Of a stretch of DNA of 64,000 nt, positions 41,270 through 56,337 are shown piece after piece. Where the stretch lies: assembly GCA_951406725.2 (NCBI GenBank), contig OX597815.1, forward strand, positions 138,074,001 through 138,138,000, in the 5' to 3' direction. The stretch comes from Octopus vulgaris (taxonomy: Eukaryota). The first letter of the stretch is position 1. Each line of letters starts with the position of its first letter. The notes beneath the pieces are model-generated. The model searched no databases. It saw only the letters and a list, made by a program, of their open reading frames with translations, and was not told the origin of the DNA. A program made the position numbers and the translations under genes.

Positions 41270-41975
41270 AGCTGTACAAACTGAGGATTTTTGACACCTG
41301 TTTCTTTTTGCTTTCAATGAAGGTTCCAGAGTTGCGAAAGGCATTTGTGCTGTGTACGGAGAAGGCTCTGTGGCTGAAAGAACTGGACAAAAATGTTTTT
41401 TGTGCTTCAAGGAGGGTAAATTCGATCTTTTATACTTTCCGAGTTCCGACCGACCTATTCAATTCAATGAAGATCGATTGAACGACCTTATTCACGAAGA
41501 TCAGCGATAATCAATCCACTAGGGAATTGGTTCTGCAAATGAGATGCTCTCATGATTCTGTTGCTCGTCACCTTCACTCGATAGGAAAGGTGTAAATGAC
41601 AAAACCGGCAGCATAGCGTGCTTCTTCAACATGACAACATTGCCCTCTCCCTAAAGCATCGCTTATTTGACCAAATATGGTATTCAGGAACTCGGTTGGG
41701 AAGTTCTGGTACACCCATCGTATTCTCTTGAGATTTTCGCCACTTTTGGTCGCTCTATAATAGTCTGCGAGGCGTTTCGTTCAAAAACGACGTGGCTCGA
41801 TGAATTCATCGAGACAAGACCCGGTGACTTTTATGACTGGAGCATTGATAAGCAAATGAAGCGTTAGTAAGAAGTCGTGATCAATTAAGGAGAATATATT
41901 AAAGACTGATTTGTTAAAATTGTTTATGAAAAACAAACATTAGAATAAAAAAAATTAACGAATTTATCTCACAAG
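41270..41975 (+). mobile_element. Decayed mariner transposase, internally deleted
   Basis: ICAVYGEGSVAERT..FKEGKFDL..RPIQFNEDRLNDLIHED..HLHSIGKV; LLQHDN; ELGWEVLVHPSYS. Confidence 0.85.
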
Positions 41976-41981
41976 TCTCAG

Positions 41982-42040
<59 letters not shown>

Positions 42041-42179
42041 GCATATGTATATACATGTATACATATATGTAGCATGTATGTATGTATGTATGTATATTAT
42101 GTATGTATATATATATATATATATATATTGTTATATTTCGGAATGGTAAGGCATTTTGCCAAAGGTTAGCTTAATAAAA

Positions 42180-42263
<84 letters not shown>

Positions 42264-42266
<3 letters not shown>

Positions 42267-42753
42267 TAATATATAAAATCCGTTCTATCTGTCTGTTTGT
42301 GCGCTTATAACTCGAGTATTGTTCATCCAATCGCGCTGAAATTTTAAACATGGATACATGACAGATCTGAGCGTTCTGTAATCTAAAAAATGAATAACCC
42401 GATTTCCTCTAAATTTACTTTGTGAGTGATGTAGGACACCAAACCCGAAGGAGGTGTCATCAATTCAGATGATGGGTCGTGTTAGACACAGCGCCGACTG
42501 CTGCAAAAGAGAGTATATCCACTGACTGCTTCTCGGTGCGTTCAAAAATCACAGAACCCCCACAGGTTAGGGCCTGAAATACTCCAAACAGACGCATAAT
42601 ATGTTGTTTAGTCGAATTAGCCCTGCATTTACACCACAAATTTTTTGTTGATAATGCTGCACTTGCCAATTTCCCCTGTTTCAACACAACTGTAATATAT
42701 TATATACAGACTATGCCATTTTAATCCTGAGCGACGCCTGGTGTCTCTGCTGT
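42264..42753 (+). mobile_element. Non-autonomous Helitron-like element
   Basis: 5' TC-ttaatatataaaa..ctgtctgtttgt; 3' cctgagcgacgcctgg hairpin then tctgctgt (degenerate CTAG-T); in a (TA)n context. Confidence 0.65.
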
Positions 42754-42783
42754 ATGTATATATGTATGCATATATATGTATGT

Positions 42784-42825
<42 letters not shown>

Positions 42826-42897
42826 ATATATACATGTGTACATATACATGAATATATATATATACATATACATATACACGTGTATATATGTGTGAAG

Positions 42898-43190
42898 TCG
42901 CATGGCCTAGTGGTTAGAGAGTCGGTCTCATAATTCGATTTCTGGACCGGACTGTCGTGTTCTTCAGCAAGACACTTTATTTCACGTTGCTCCAGTTCAC
43001 CCAACTGTAGACATGATTTGCGACGTCACTGGTGCCAAGCTGTATCGGCCTTTGCCTTTTCTTTGGATAACATTGGTGGCGTGGAGAGGGGAAGCTGGTA
43101 TGCATAGGCAACTGCTAGTCTTCCATAAACAATCTTGCTCAGACTTGTGCCACGAAGAGGAACCTCCTTGGAGCAATTTCCTGGTCATTA
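42898..43190 (+). mobile_element. SINE family C (tRNA-derived head)
   Basis: A-box tggcctagtggttag, B-box ttcgatt, agcaagacactttatttcacgttgc; copies at 51350, 53800 and 58895. Confidence 0.85.
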
Positions 43191-43210
43191 GCAATCCCCT
43201 GGTTATATAT

Positions 43211-43426
43211 ACTCTTTTACTCTTTTACTTATTTTCAGTCAGTTGACTGTTGCCATACTGGAGCACCGCCTTTAGTCGATCAAATCGACCCCAGGGCTTT
43301 ATTCTTTGTAAGCCTAGTGCTTATTCTATCGATCTCTTTTGTCGAACCGCTAAGTTACGGGGACGTAAACGCACAAGCATCGGTTGTCAAGCGATGTTGA
43401 TGGGACAAGCACAAACACACAAACAC

Positions 43427-43491
<65 letters not shown>

Positions 43492-43653
43492 CGACGGGCT
43501 TCTTTCAGTTTCCGTCTACCAAATCCACTCACAAGGCTTTGGTCAACCCGAAGCTATAGCAGAAGGCACGTGCCCAAGGTACCACGCAGTGGGACTGAAC
43601 CTGGTACCATGTGGTTCGTAAGCAAGCTACTTACCACACAGCCACTCCTACGC
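43211..43653 (-). mobile_element. SINE family A, full length
   Basis: tRNA-like head (gtggctgtgtggtaag..ggttcagtcc), internal (TG)n, tail with gtaaaaga repeats. Confidence 0.9.
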
Positions 43654-43805
43654 ATATGCTCGAAATAAGGTGTAGATAGACAGCCGACAACTGATGAAGG
43701 GTCATTCTTTATGTTACTTGTCCTGTTTTCAATTTGTTTCTCTCGTTGTTTGGGCATTGAACTCATTTGCTTTCGTATTTGGTGACGTCCTGTACCAATA
43801 TATGC

Positions 43806-43923
<118 letters not shown>

Positions 43924-43924
43924 A

Positions 43925-44226
43925 TAATAAATATTTGGGAATAAATCCAAATTTACAAGGAAAAATCAGATTTAAGATTGAATCCAATTTTATAATAAAA
44001 TATTATATTATAATAAATTAGAGACAAAACCACTATTATTCAAATCAAACAAAGAAAGACTTAAGCCAATACATAAAATATAAAATAATTTATATAAATT
44101 AAAATTTAACAAATGAATAACCACATTTGTTAAATTTTAATTTATATAAATTATTTTATATTTTATGTATTGGCTTAAGTCTTTCTTTGTTTGATTTGCT
44201 TAATAGTGGTTTTGTCTCTAATTTAT

Positions 44227-44230
<4 letters not shown>
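43925..44230 (-). mobile_element. PLE-like terminus forming a near-perfect 105-bp hairpin
   Basis: Arms 44011-44115 and 44124-44228, 8-nt loop; related to the 29161 and 49248 termini; (TA)n flanks. Confidence 0.75.
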
Positions 44231-44282
<52 letters not shown>

Positions 44283-44533
44283 GTGTATATATATATCGTG
44301 TATGAGTTAGAGGTTGAGAAACCAACTAAGGAATAGTACCTATCCAATATACTGCTGATAGTAGTGTACCCAATTATTCCCTTCCAAGTGCTAGTTATTG
44401 CATGGCAATCTCGCAATTAGGTATTATATATGGGCAGGGGTAACAGGTTGTTTACCCTTGATTTATATTTATATATTATTCATATTATCATTTGATTGAA
44501 CGCCACCCATGAATTTCCAAGTATGTATATATA

Positions 44534-45356
<823 letters not shown>

Positions 45357-45371
45357 ATATATATATTGCAA

Positions 45372-46221
45372 TATCATTTTATTCACATAGTTTTATGTTT
45401 ACACTTTTATCACCTACAATGAATTCTCCATTTGAAGCAATGCATCGGTCCAGACACATTTTCCACTGTTACAAGCCGTACTCTTGCAAAGTGACGTCGT
45501 CTAACGCTTCCATCGTTCTTTCCTTCACATCTCCCACATCTTCAAATTCCGTAGCACCAGCTTTCCTCACCAGTTTTGGTCTTCGAAAAAACGTCCCGAT
45601 CTACTTACAACTGTTCTTTCACTTCACGACATGCATTCACTCGTGACTGCTTTTGATCTTCCGTGAGCAAGCGAGGCACAAACTTTGCCGCATCTCTTTT
45701 CATTCGCAATTCATTGCTCAAACTTCATTGGCAGTTGCTCCTGAACACACCAGTCATATCAACAAGTTCATCAACTACTCGTTGATGGTCCTCCAAAATT
45801 AGTTCATGAATTTTGATGACGTTTTCATTCGTTCGAGAATTCAAACGAGGCTGGTCTTCAAGTGACAAGTGACTATTCCTAAGGCGCGAAAACTGCTCTC
45901 AAACTTGTATTTTGCTCATGGCAACTTCTTTGTAAGCTGTTAGAAGCGTGACAACTGTTTCGGCCGCCGTTTTCCCCAGCAGGAAACAGAATTTCATGGA
46001 AGTACGCTGTTCCTTCGTTTCAGACATCGCAAAAATAGACAAACAGAGGACAAACACCGCAAAGCAAAGGCGCACCACGTAGCAGTAGGATTACACTCAA
46101 TTATGCCGGAGGGCATGCTGATGCCTGAGGGCCGCATCAAGTGGCATCTAGCGGCGGAAGCCTGGACTATAAGGGGCTTGTCCCACAGAGAACATTTCCA
46201 GTTACTTTTGGGTACCCCCTC

Positions 46222-46225
<4 letters not shown>
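45372..46225 (-). mobile_element. Decayed mariner element
   Basis: End tacgagggggtacccaaaagt; MKFCFLLGKTAAETV; C-terminus [28 protein letters not shown]. Confidence 0.85.
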
Positions 46226-46262
<37 letters not shown>

Positions 46263-46265
46263 CGG

Positions 46266-46312
<47 letters not shown>

Positions 46313-47602
46313 TATGAAAAGAAACAGAGGACAAACACCGCAAAGTTTAGCGATTAAAAATATTCTTAGGACCATTCTTCAGTCTTTGTGGTTTCAAAAA
46401 TTTTCTACTAAATCAGAATTCGATGTCCATCTCCGCTAAGAGAATATAGAATTTCTACAGAGTATTGAATGGAAATATTATTCTATGCTGAATGGAGGTA
46501 AGAATGTCATAAGCTGTACTTTTATTTGGAAATCCATCTTTAAAAATAGCATTAAATGCTTTGGTAGAATGAACAGTAACGCTTTTAAGCTTTCTTTTTG
46601 TTTTCCTGATTTTCTGTCATCATCTGATGCATACAGAACACAAAGTTCTCTTTGCTACAGTCCGGTCAGGAGCAATATTGTCTTTTGGTTTGGACCATTT
46701 CTACGAGGTTACCATTTATGATAGAGTTGGGAAAAAACTACAATTTGTCCCAGTTTGTGCTACTTTTTTATCTTAATGAAAGTGAACAGATAGGACAGCC
46801 AGGAAGTAACTGAGATCAAGTTGAAATGTCGATATCTTCTGGTCAGCATCTTTCATTTGTAAATTTGGGTAAAATAAAATCTTAAATTGGGTTATTATAT
46901 ATTGTTATTATGATGCTGTACGTATAGTTAGGGGTCTAAAATTTGTTTCTTTTCTAAAACATGGTTAGACTCATAATAATATTGAACTCACAGTAGAGCG
47001 TAGTTTGTACGTGACCATTCTTTTCACATTCACTTCACGTTCAAGTATGTGTGAGCAAGAACTGGTATCAGTAATATTTAACACACACACACACACACAC
47101 AAACATACTGATATTCGAACACGCAGATGCACAGACATACGCACAAACACTCATGTATAAAGATATATAGTGGACAGTATGAGCAAGCATACTTATTGGA
47201 TTAACAGACAAATATATATTTATCATCATATTTTTTTAGGAAGAAACTAACTTGATAATACGTTCCAAAAGTTTACATTTCTTTCAATTTATTTGATATC
47301 CTGTGAAATAGTATCTTCATCGCATTTTTGTGCTGCAATCTCTCTAAAATACACAAATTATCAGATAGATTTGTTTAAGATTTATATAAGTTGAGTGACG
47401 TCATTTAGAGTTAAATTTCCTCATCTTTCTCAAACTGAATCTAAGTCGGAAAAAAATCTTTTGATATTTTTCAGATCAATACAGTCGTAAGCTTAAATTA
47501 CATTAAAATAGCGTAAGATCTAAGTGTACTTGTAAAAATTTTATATAATTAGAATAAAAAGAACTTTATTTATATCTATATGTATGTAAACACATGTTTG
47601 TG

Positions 47603-47640
<38 letters not shown>

Positions 47641-48729
47641 GCATATACATGTATATGATTGTAACATGCGTATGTATATGCATATGTATATATAGACACA
47701 TACAAATGTATATGTATATATATTCATATATATATGTATATATATATATATATATACACACACAAACACATGTATGTACTTATATGTGTGTGTGCTCATG
47801 TTTTAAAATATCTCACACTCAAATCTATTTGAAAACCAGGCCAAAGAAATCAAACTACATACATACAAGCGTATATTTCGATATGCATGGCCTGACTTCT
47901 ATTTTGCTATGTGAAATAGATTTAAGGATGAGATATTTTATCAATACACAGAAGTAGATAATATTTTTCGTCTATTCCCCTTACGCGTAAATTATTTTTC
48001 TTGTTATCATTTTACATGCATACATAAACATATATATATTTATGTGTGTATATATGTATGTATATATATATGTATACATATGCGTGTGTATGTGTTTATA
48101 TGTTTATACAAACATATATACATACATATCTTATGTACGCTTATACATATATTCTTACATACATGTTTTAGGCTAATGCTGAAAAAATATCAGAGATAAA
48201 AAAAGGCAAAAACTACACACATACACATACACACAAGCATAGATCTGTATGTGAAGTAGATTTTGAATATATAAGAAACGCTTAGGCTGTTTGCAAGCGC
48301 ATATAAAATGTGAAATGTAATTGTTTAGACATTTGTGGACACATGTCTAATTGAGAAAGCAACATTCCCTATGAATTCAAGGATGCTACAACTATTCACC
48401 TGTGCTAAAACAACGGTGACTGACAGTTTTGTAATAACCATTTAGGTATTTTCTTCTTTTCAGTTATCATTAGACTCTGAGAATTTTTCTGAATCACCCG
48501 ATTTATCATCTGAACACTAACACTTTCCTACTTGAAAGCCTGTGTGACTTCTGTTGTGAAAAAGGAATGACTGATCTGATCTTTGTAATAAGAATTCAGG
48601 AGACATGTAACAGTATTAAGAAGTTTTGAATATGACCTTCGCTAGTCTCATGAAGATTTTTGACACAGTGTGTTCGGAAAGAGTCTCAAAATCTTGTTGG
48701 AGTCGATGGGTGACTGTCATGAAAAACAG

Positions 48730-49045
48730 TGTGTATTGGGCTTTTAAAACCTGGCAGAGCCCATTCACCACCAGGTGTATACACACTCGATTTCTTTCAG
48801 AGGAAAACTGCATTGTGTATGTGTGTGCAAAATCAGCGACTGTGTGTCGCTTGAAATATATATACTGCGAGCAGAAGAAAGCTACTGCCATCTCTAGTAG
48901 ACGAGGTGTCCAGTACTGAGAGAGGCAGAAATAGCACGAAATCAGGCTGGTCTGCTGGTCCCGCCGCAAGAAGGTGGTAGGGGTTTGCTTCCCTGTTCAC
49001 AATATATCGCATGCAACTGTGCATCGTTGATCAGGTAGAGGAGAT
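48730..49045 (+). mobile_element. Possible old RTE-like LINE C-terminal relic
   Basis: Weak frameshifted similarity (SRRGVQY*E, FPCSQ..CNCAS) to RTE C-termini. Confidence 0.3.
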
Positions 49046-49127
49046 GTCCTCTTGGGGTTAAAAAATCGCAGTAAAGCTCGTTCGAACGGACAACTATGTT
49101 GAAGTGGCTACGAACATTACTTATATA

Positions 49128-49247
<120 letters not shown>

Positions 49248-50145
49248 TTCGGGAGTATAACTCCAAACTTACTGGGAAAAATTCAATTTAGTATTAATTC
49301 AAATTTCACAATAGAGGAAAACCACTATTATGCAATTCAAACAATGATAGACATAAATCAAATCATAAATAAAAAATGAAATATATTTTAAAATATATAA
49401 CTAGATCACAAAAAGTACAAAATGAATAAACAATATATAATAAGTTAAAAGGCTACGTAGGTTTCATGGCTATAATTTAAATTCGAATTACAATTAAATT
49501 TAAATTTAATCGAAAAACAATTCAATTTAAAAATATAGTCACTCCTCAGGTCAACGATAATAACAATGATAGTTAAATAGAATTAAACAATATTTCTTAA
49601 AGAAATAAAACCATGATTGTTCTTATCGAAGAAACTCCATTAACTAAATTTGAAACTTAAACAGTAGGACCAGGTGTCTATAATAAATTTCTCATGTTAA
49701 AAACGCAAGGTAAAAAATAGAGTAAATAGGTAGAAAAATGTATTTATCTGTGAAGATATTATTTTAGTTTTAAGAATAAGCATTAACAAACTATAGAATA
49801 TATTTACACTAGCTATACTCTAATATTTTAAGTTACAAACTATTTTAATATTAATATTTTTATAAATCTTAATATTTTTAGTTTTAGTTCACATATAATA
49901 ATTATAAAATAATAAAATAATAAAATTAAATAAAAGTACGTATCTATATTATAATTAACAAATATAGCAATTAGAAATCTATATTTTTTCAATTAATAAA
50001 CATATAAATAAATAAATTACTCCATTATTACTTAAATAAATATTATACATATCATTCCGAAAATATTTATGAAATAAAAAATAAAAATTTCCAAAACTAA
50101 AAACGTATCACTTATCGTTTATAAAAATATTTGCGAAAAAAGTAC

Positions 50146-50203
<58 letters not shown>

Positions 50204-50480
50204 ACACAATAGTACTAAATATAATAAATAACTTTAACTATACTAAAACATTTTACAATCTAATTCACAAAGTAACCAAACTAATATTTTACAATTTAAG
50301 TTCAGATATAATAATTATAAAATAAAAATAATTAAATAAATGTACGAATCTAAATTATCATTAACAAATAAAAAAATTAGAACTTCATATTTATCAATCA
50401 CAACTTATATAGGTTACAATATTATTTCTTAAATAAATTGTATACTTAACTCTCCATTAATAGTGGTTTTTCTCTAATAT
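49248..50480 (-). mobile_element. Extremely AT-rich PLE-like 3' region with short 5' inversion
   Basis: Homologous to 29161; hammerhead at 49451; 50457-50478 inverts 49311-49330; internal duplication about 49885-50040 / 50297-50440. Confidence 0.65.
49451..49553 (-). ncRNA. Type I hammerhead ribozyme with long stem II, slightly decayed
   Basis: gac CTGAGGA gtgactata-[AT-rich]-tatagccat GAAA cctacg TA/ gcc. Confidence 0.65.
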
Positions 50481-50495
50481 ATATATATATATATA

Positions 50496-50912
50496 TTCTA
50501 TTATTTGTTTCAGTCATGTGACTGCGACCATGCTGGAACACCACCTTTAGTCGAACAAATCGATTCCAGGACTTATTCCTTGTAGGCCTAGTACTTTTTC
50601 TATCAGTCACTTTTACCGAACCGCTAAGTTACGGGGACGTAAACACAGCAACATCGGTTGTCACGCGATGGTGGGCGGACAAACACATGCACACAATCAT
50701 ACACACACACACATACACATATATATATGTATGTGTGTGTCTATAAATATACGACGGTTTTCTTTCAGCTTCCGTCTTCCAAATCCATTCACAAGGCTTA
50801 GTCGGCTCGAAGCTATAATAGAAGACACTTGCCCAAGGTGCCATGCAATGGGACTGGACCCTGAACCATGTGTTTGGTAAGCAAGCTACTTATCACATAG
50901 CCACTCCTGTGT
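50496..50912 (-). mobile_element. SINE family A, full length
   Basis: Collinear with 43211-43653. Confidence 0.9.
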
Positions 50913-50936
50913 CTATATCTATATATCTCTCTATCA

Positions 50937-50988
<52 letters not shown>

Positions 50989-50994
50989 CTCTCG

Positions 50995-51051
<57 letters not shown>

Positions 51052-51058
51052 AGAGAGC

Positions 51059-51090
<32 letters not shown>

Positions 51091-51349
51091 GAGAGGGAGA
51101 GAGGGGGAGAGAGAGACACAGAGAAGCATTCGACCATAGTACTTGGGTTGCACTTTATTTATCGATCTCGAAAGAATAAAAATGAAAGTTGACCTCTGCG
51201 TGATTTGAACTCAGAGTACCGACAATAGGAACGAATACCGCACACTGTTGTATGATTTGACGCTTTAAAAATTGCCAATAAATTGCATAATACGCCTGTA
51301 AGCACACACACACAGACACACACACATACACATACACACATACACACAG

Positions 51350-51660
51350 GTTCATGGTTAGAGCATTCTTCTCACGATCGTACGATCGTAAGTTCGATAC
51401 CTAGCAGTGTGTTGTATCATTGAGCAAGATACTTTATTTCACGTTGCGCCAGTTTACTCAGCTGGCAAAAATGAATTGTACGTGTGATTCAAAGGGGCAA
51501 GCCTTGTCACATTCTGTGTCGCATTGAATCCTCTTGAATACTGTGTTAATAATACGCATGTCTGTTTAGTGCTCAACCACTTGTGCATTAATTTTATGAG
51601 CAGGTTGTTTCGTTGATCGAATCAATTAGAACCCTCGTCGTCGTCACCGACGGAGTGCCA
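51350..51660 (+). mobile_element. SINE with family C head and a different 3' half
   Basis: tggttagagc..agttcgata..gagcaagatactttatttcacgttgc, then a distinct body ending accgacggagtgcca. Confidence 0.75.
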
Positions 51661-52329
51661 ATAATTATATAGATGTAGCAGGCTGAATGTGGCATGCCAT
51701 ATCAGGTCGATATGATGTAACCCACTACCGAATGTAGCGTGTAGATGTAAGCCTTGAAGGTTCTCGCGTCGGAGTAACCTGTGAACATCGAAGAATCAAC
51801 ATCAAGAAGGAAAAAATATTTACATATATTTATTCATTTGCCCGACAGGTAGTTAAATAGACAGTAGTACTTGTAGTGATAGTGTAGAAAAAGGTTGGCT
51901 GGCTGGTTAGTAGTTGTTAGTGTGTAGGAGTTGCTGCCAGTAGAGGGTGAAAGAGTAAAGAATACCCGGTGCTGACTTGAAAGGAAGAAAGGATAAAGGT
52001 GGCATTGTCTTTCTGGCAGCTGAAAGCTTCTCTTCATATGACGAGCGAAGGGCGTCATGAGTGACGCTAAAGACGATGTTGCTCCTTGGTCCGGCTGACA
52101 CAAAAGTGGAAGAGATAGAAAATGTTCTCTTTTATATTGACTATGGTCAGAAATATAAATCAAACCCTAAACAAAGGACTGGCACAGGTCCTTGGCGGTC
52201 AGGTGTTTCTCAATCAATCATCTGGTGTAGAGAGAATTTCCCGTGTGTGTGTGTGCGCGCGTGTGTGTGTGTCTGTGTGTCTGACAAGCAACAAGCGGGT
52301 GGATTTGGTTTCAAATCTCAGGCAGGGCT

Positions 52330-52560
52330 AAGCGAGGTCTCTACATATAAATAATCAATTCGAATAAAGAAACAATTCAAATAAACGGGTAAAAAAAACA
52401 GAAAAAAAGGAAAAACGAAGGCGAGGACGTACCTAAGAAGTATGTTAACTTGACGCTCGGTGACAGGAAAGAGTTTAACGTTTCGAGCATAGCTCTTCGT
52501 CGGATAGGAGAAAGAGAAAAGTCCAAAGAAGGAAAAAAATCACCAAGAGATCACGTGTAG
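52330..52560 (-). mobile_element. PLE-like 3' terminal fragment with hammerhead-like motif
   Basis: Minus strand CCGACGA a gagc tat gctc GAAA cg TT, followed by a T-rich tail. Confidence 0.55.
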
Positions 52561-52782
52561 TTACCTTGTGTGTATGCGTGTGTGTGTGTTTACGTGTCTG
52601 TGTGCATATGAGTGTGTGTGTGTATGCATATGTACATTCACACAAACACGCACACACACATACACACACACAAACGTATCACACAGAAAGAAAAAATTTA
52701 AAAGCATTATGAAGTATCACTGAGTTCTAAAATAACTGCAAACTCACGTTTAAGCTGCTCCACACACACACAAACACAAACA

Positions 52783-52862
<80 letters not shown>

Positions 52863-53192
52863 TATATATATTCACACATATGTATTCGCACACACCACGC
52901 TTACAATAATCTCCATTATCAATCTCTTGTGTATGAAATCCCTTTCTGTACTTTCCCTCGTTCGGTCATTTCAAAATCGTACTGTTATCATATTCATTTC
53001 CCCACAATATTTCTCTTCTATTCAGATAAGGGGCTCACATCCAAAACGTTCTAATTCTTTGACCGCTAATATTATAACCGTCTAATAACCGTTAATCTAA
53101 TAACCATTGGTAATATGATGTCATTATATATATATACTTATATATATATATGCGGTATATAGATATATAGATAGATAGATAGATAGATATCC

Positions 53193-53277
<85 letters not shown>

Positions 53278-53504
53278 CATGACCATATGAACATTTTCGC
53301 TGAATTTCATCGTTTATTTTCTCTCTTTTTATGTTCCATTGTGTACCCAGTTCATTATCGACTCTATCTGCAACCTATTCCGAGGTGATACAATGCTTGA
53401 AAGTTAACTTTTCCCGTTTCTCCGAGCATCAAATAAATCCTTTTGATCGTGTGTATTTATTCCCCCATATATATTACATAAAAATGATACATAATATAAT
53501 ACAT

Positions 53505-53571
<67 letters not shown>

Positions 53572-53612
53572 ATATATTACATAAACACATGCATACATAC
53601 ATACATACATAC

Positions 53613-53680
<68 letters not shown>

Positions 53681-53734
53681 ATATATATATATATTTATAT
53701 ATATATATATATATGTATATATAATATATATATG

Positions 53735-53799
<65 letters not shown>

Positions 53800-53801
<2 letters not shown>

Positions 53802-54040
53802 CGCATAACTCAGTGGTTAGAACGTCGAGATCACAATCATGTGGTAGGGAGTTCGATTCCCGAACCAGTGCTGTGTGTTGTCTTCTTGAGCAAGACACTT
53901 TATTTCACGTTGCTCCAATTCACTCAGCTGTAGGAAATGAGTTGCGACGTCACTGATGCCAAGCTGTATCAGTCTTTGCCTTTCCCTTGGATAACATCGG
54001 TGGCGTGGAGAGGGGAGACTGGTATGCATGGGTGACTGCA
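53800..54040 (+). mobile_element. SINE family C
   Basis: taactcagtggttagaacg..gagttcgattccc..collinear with 42898. Confidence 0.88.
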
Positions 54041-54049
54041 ACTACAATT

Positions 54050-54412
54050 TTGCTTGGCTTGGCGATTCTTCTCAAGCACAGCATACCGCCTAAGGTCTCG
54101 GTCACTTATCACCTCTATGAGACCCAACGTTCGAAGGGTGCTTCTTACGTGCTACCGGCACGGGTGCCTGCTACGTGACACCGGCATCGACCACGACTAC
54201 GGTTTTACTTGGCGGGTCTTCTTAAGCACGGCATATCGCCAAAGGTCTCGGTCACTTGTCATTGCCTCCGTGAAGTTCAATGTTTGAAGATTATGCTTCA
54301 CCATCTTGTCCAATATATTCCTGATTCTACCTCTTCCGTGGGTTCCCTCCACATTTATAGATCGGCACTTTTTTTTACATAGCTGTCCTTGTTCATATGC
54401 ATCACATGACCT
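54050..54412 (-). mobile_element. RTE-clade LINE 3' end with duplicated terminus
   Basis: GHVMHMNKDSYVKK..VEGTHGRGR..AMTSDRDLWRYAVLKKTRQ; 54055-54140 repeats 54205-54290. Confidence 0.8.
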
Positions 54413-54489
54413 CTCAAGAATTTACATTCTGTCGTATATGCGCAGTGACATTGCACATCCAGCGAAGGATACTATATGGATATATAACT

Positions 54490-54735
54490 CTTTAACTTGC
54501 TTCAGATTCAAAGCTGCAGTCATGCTGGGGCACCACCGATGGCTCTGTTACACCTTCATTATTTGAGACCTCCTCTGATATATGGCATTTGGTGAATGAG
54601 GGAGTTCGATGCTGCTGCCCTCATCTGTGCTTCTTGCTGTGCAGTAAGGAGGAGATCCAATTTTGTTTTGAAGACACTTACATCCCCACCACGCAGGTCT
54701 CTCAGCCATTTTGGTAGGATATTAAAGAGCTGTAT
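54490..54735 (-). mobile_element. CR1-like LINE 3' end, same family as 29636
   Basis: gggagttcgatgctgctgccc and catgctggggcaccaccg are shared with 29636-29945. Confidence 0.8.
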
Positions 54736-55288
54736 AAAATATGTATATAATATATTTTTGTAAAGGAAACGTTGACAGCTTACAAGAAAAAGGTTTCTGA
54801 GCTAAAAGGTTTAATATGATAGCATAAATGCATATCCATTACCTGAATGTAATAGCTCCATATATGTGTGGGAACATAATTTTAGTTTTTGGTCATTGCT
54901 TAAAATTATTCCATTTCTTTAATATATGATAAAATAATACATCATTTCTTATTGCGAAACAATCACTATTGTTTAATAATAATATTTAATATTCGGAACA
55001 TGTCTCATACTCAAAACTTACAAGTTCTATCTATTTTCTTTTACGATGTTGAGTCTGGAGAATAGGACAGAGCTCATTGCACCTGCAGACTGTCCTAGAC
55101 TAGAGAGCTAGAAGCCGTTTATGTTTCGTTTAAACTGTTACAAGTCAACGTCTGCAGAAAAGACATGAGTAGGGAGGGGATTCTTGAGAAATGATTGTGC
55201 AAGGAAGGAGTATTAGTGGTTAGTGCAGGGAAACAGTGGTTAGTGCGAAAAGCGTGAGAAAAGGTAGAGAGAAAAGTACCCCGAAAGC

Positions 55289-55392
<104 letters not shown>

Positions 55393-55440
55393 GTCTGTCT
55401 GTCTGTTTGTCTAATATTTTCTTTCATCTCCTAAAATAGT

Positions 55441-55786
55441 TTCCACCAATACAAACTTTGATTGCTTGACTTTTAATTTAAAATATTGTTGTATTTAGGG
55501 ATGGTCATGTTGCCATTTTAGCCAATAAAAACACACGCACTATATATTTGGTGTTAATTTGCTTCAGCTTCATTTTTTTTTTACATTAATCTTATTTGCA
55601 TTAATCTTATGGCCGAAATAAGATTAATGTAAAAAATAAGTTAGAGCTGAAGCAAACTAACACCAAATATATAGTGCGTGTATTTTTATTGGCTAAACTG
55701 GCAACATGACCATCCCTAAATACAACAATATCTGTTTCAACATACGATTTCACATCAAGAACCTTGCAAAACAAATATATAAACGT
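55441..55786 (+). mobile_element. PLE-like terminus forming a foldback
   Basis: Inverted arms spanning 55483-55731; same family as 62794-63246. Confidence 0.75.
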
Positions 55787-56111
55787 AATTTAAAATAATT
55801 TTGGTTTTAAGAAATTACCAACATCAAATTTTATCTAACAACCCCCATTCTTCATATTGTTGCTTATCATTTACATTGTCATTTATAACAATTTGGACTT
55901 TTTCTACAATCGTAGTCGCCTTCGAACATTGAGATACAAACGAATTCGTAATCATATCCGATAGCTATTTTAATAAGATGGATTTTTACAAGCTCCCGTT
56001 AATTATAAACATGTAAGATTATCGTTTGGCAATATTTCAGTTTCCCAACTTTATCTAAAAGTTAATTGCATAGTAGAGAATTCGAAATCTTTGTAGTGTT
56101 AAGAAATAACT

Positions 56112-56337
56112 GATTCAAATTTTGGCACAAGGCCAGCAATTTCGGGGGCGGGAGGTATGTCAATTACTGTCAAATACATCAACCCCATTGTGCAACAAGT
56201 ACTTATTTTATCGATCTCGAAAGGATGAAAAGCAAAGTCGACCTCGGTCGAATTTGAACTCAGAACGTAAAGATGGACGCAATGCCGCTAAGTATTTTGC
56301 CCGGCGTCCTAAAGATTCTTCCAGTTCACCGCCATAA
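56112..56337 (-). mobile_element. SINE family B
   Basis: caaattttggcacaaggccagc..gatgaaaagcaaagtcgacctcgg..ttcaccgcc. Confidence 0.85.

Noticed and set aside
53018-53056. cagataaggggctcacatccaaaacgtt, a hammerhead-like remnant
   Set aside because: Too many core substitutions to call; possibly a dead PLE terminus
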